From Camelus ferus (Eukaryota): 64,000 nucleotides of DNA. Shown one piece after another: positions 63,600-64,000 of the stretch; within the stretch, counting starts at the first letter, position 1, and every line of letters starts with the position of its first letter. The position numbers and the translations under genes were made by a program. Under the pieces are notes generated by a model. That model made no database searches. It had not been told where the DNA came from and saw only the letters and a list, made by a program, of their open reading frames with translations. The stretch is taken from contig NC_045697.1 in assembly GCF_009834535.1 (NCBI RefSeq), forward strand, positions 12,278,001 to 12,342,000. The letters run 5' to 3'.

Positions 63600-64000
63600 G
63601 TTGCTTTATTGAAATATAATTTACATGTTATAAAGACCACTTATTTAAAGTATAAAATTGAATGGTTTTAATTATATTACATATTTATACAATAATCACC
63701 ATAATCTAACTTTAGAACATCTTTCATGAGCACCAAAAGAAACCCTGGTTGCCCCCAGGCAACCCTCCCGTCCAGCACTAGGTAATCACTAATCTAATTT
63801 ATGTCTTATAGATTTGCCTATTCTGGATACTTCATATATGAAATTGTACAATATGTGGTCTTTTGTGTTTGGCTCCTTACACTTTGCATAATGTTTTTGA
63901 AGGCTCAAGTGTTTTTTTGGTATGTATCAGTAATACATTCCTTTTTATCCCCAAATAATAGTTTATTGTATTGCACATTTATTTATCTAGTCAAATATTG
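63600..64000 (-). mobile_element. L1MB-like 3' end, runs off the window
   Basis: gctttattgaaatataatttaca...tagatttgcctattctggatacttcatat. Confidence 0.8.

Overview
AT-rich, repeat-dense mammalian genomic DNA. Two tRNA-derived SINEs of the camelid Vic-1 type and artiodactyl-type L1 3' ends point to a camelid genome. I find no intact protein-coding gene; the supplied ORFs are transposon remnants or chance frames. Much of the window is interspersed repeat: L1 of several ages, L2, MIR, MaLR/ERVL solo LTRs, a near full-length Tigger1, and hAT and Tc2 elements. Two non-repeat signals stand out. (1) Six minus-strand segments with splice signals (33105 down to 10661) read in order as signal peptide, CUB-like, long stalk, SEA-like, calcium-binding EGF-like, and TM/cytoplasmic tail. 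They carry stops and frameshifts, so this is a candidate decayed (unitary pseudo)gene for a type I membrane protein. (2) In its second intron, on the opposite strand, is a short processed LUC7L3 retrocopy (5'UTR plus about 47 codons). It forms the only CpG island in the window and has an NRF1 motif and a downstream splice donor, so it may be a retrocopy-derived promoter. Repeat family names and homologies are recognised from memory, and many boundaries are approximate.
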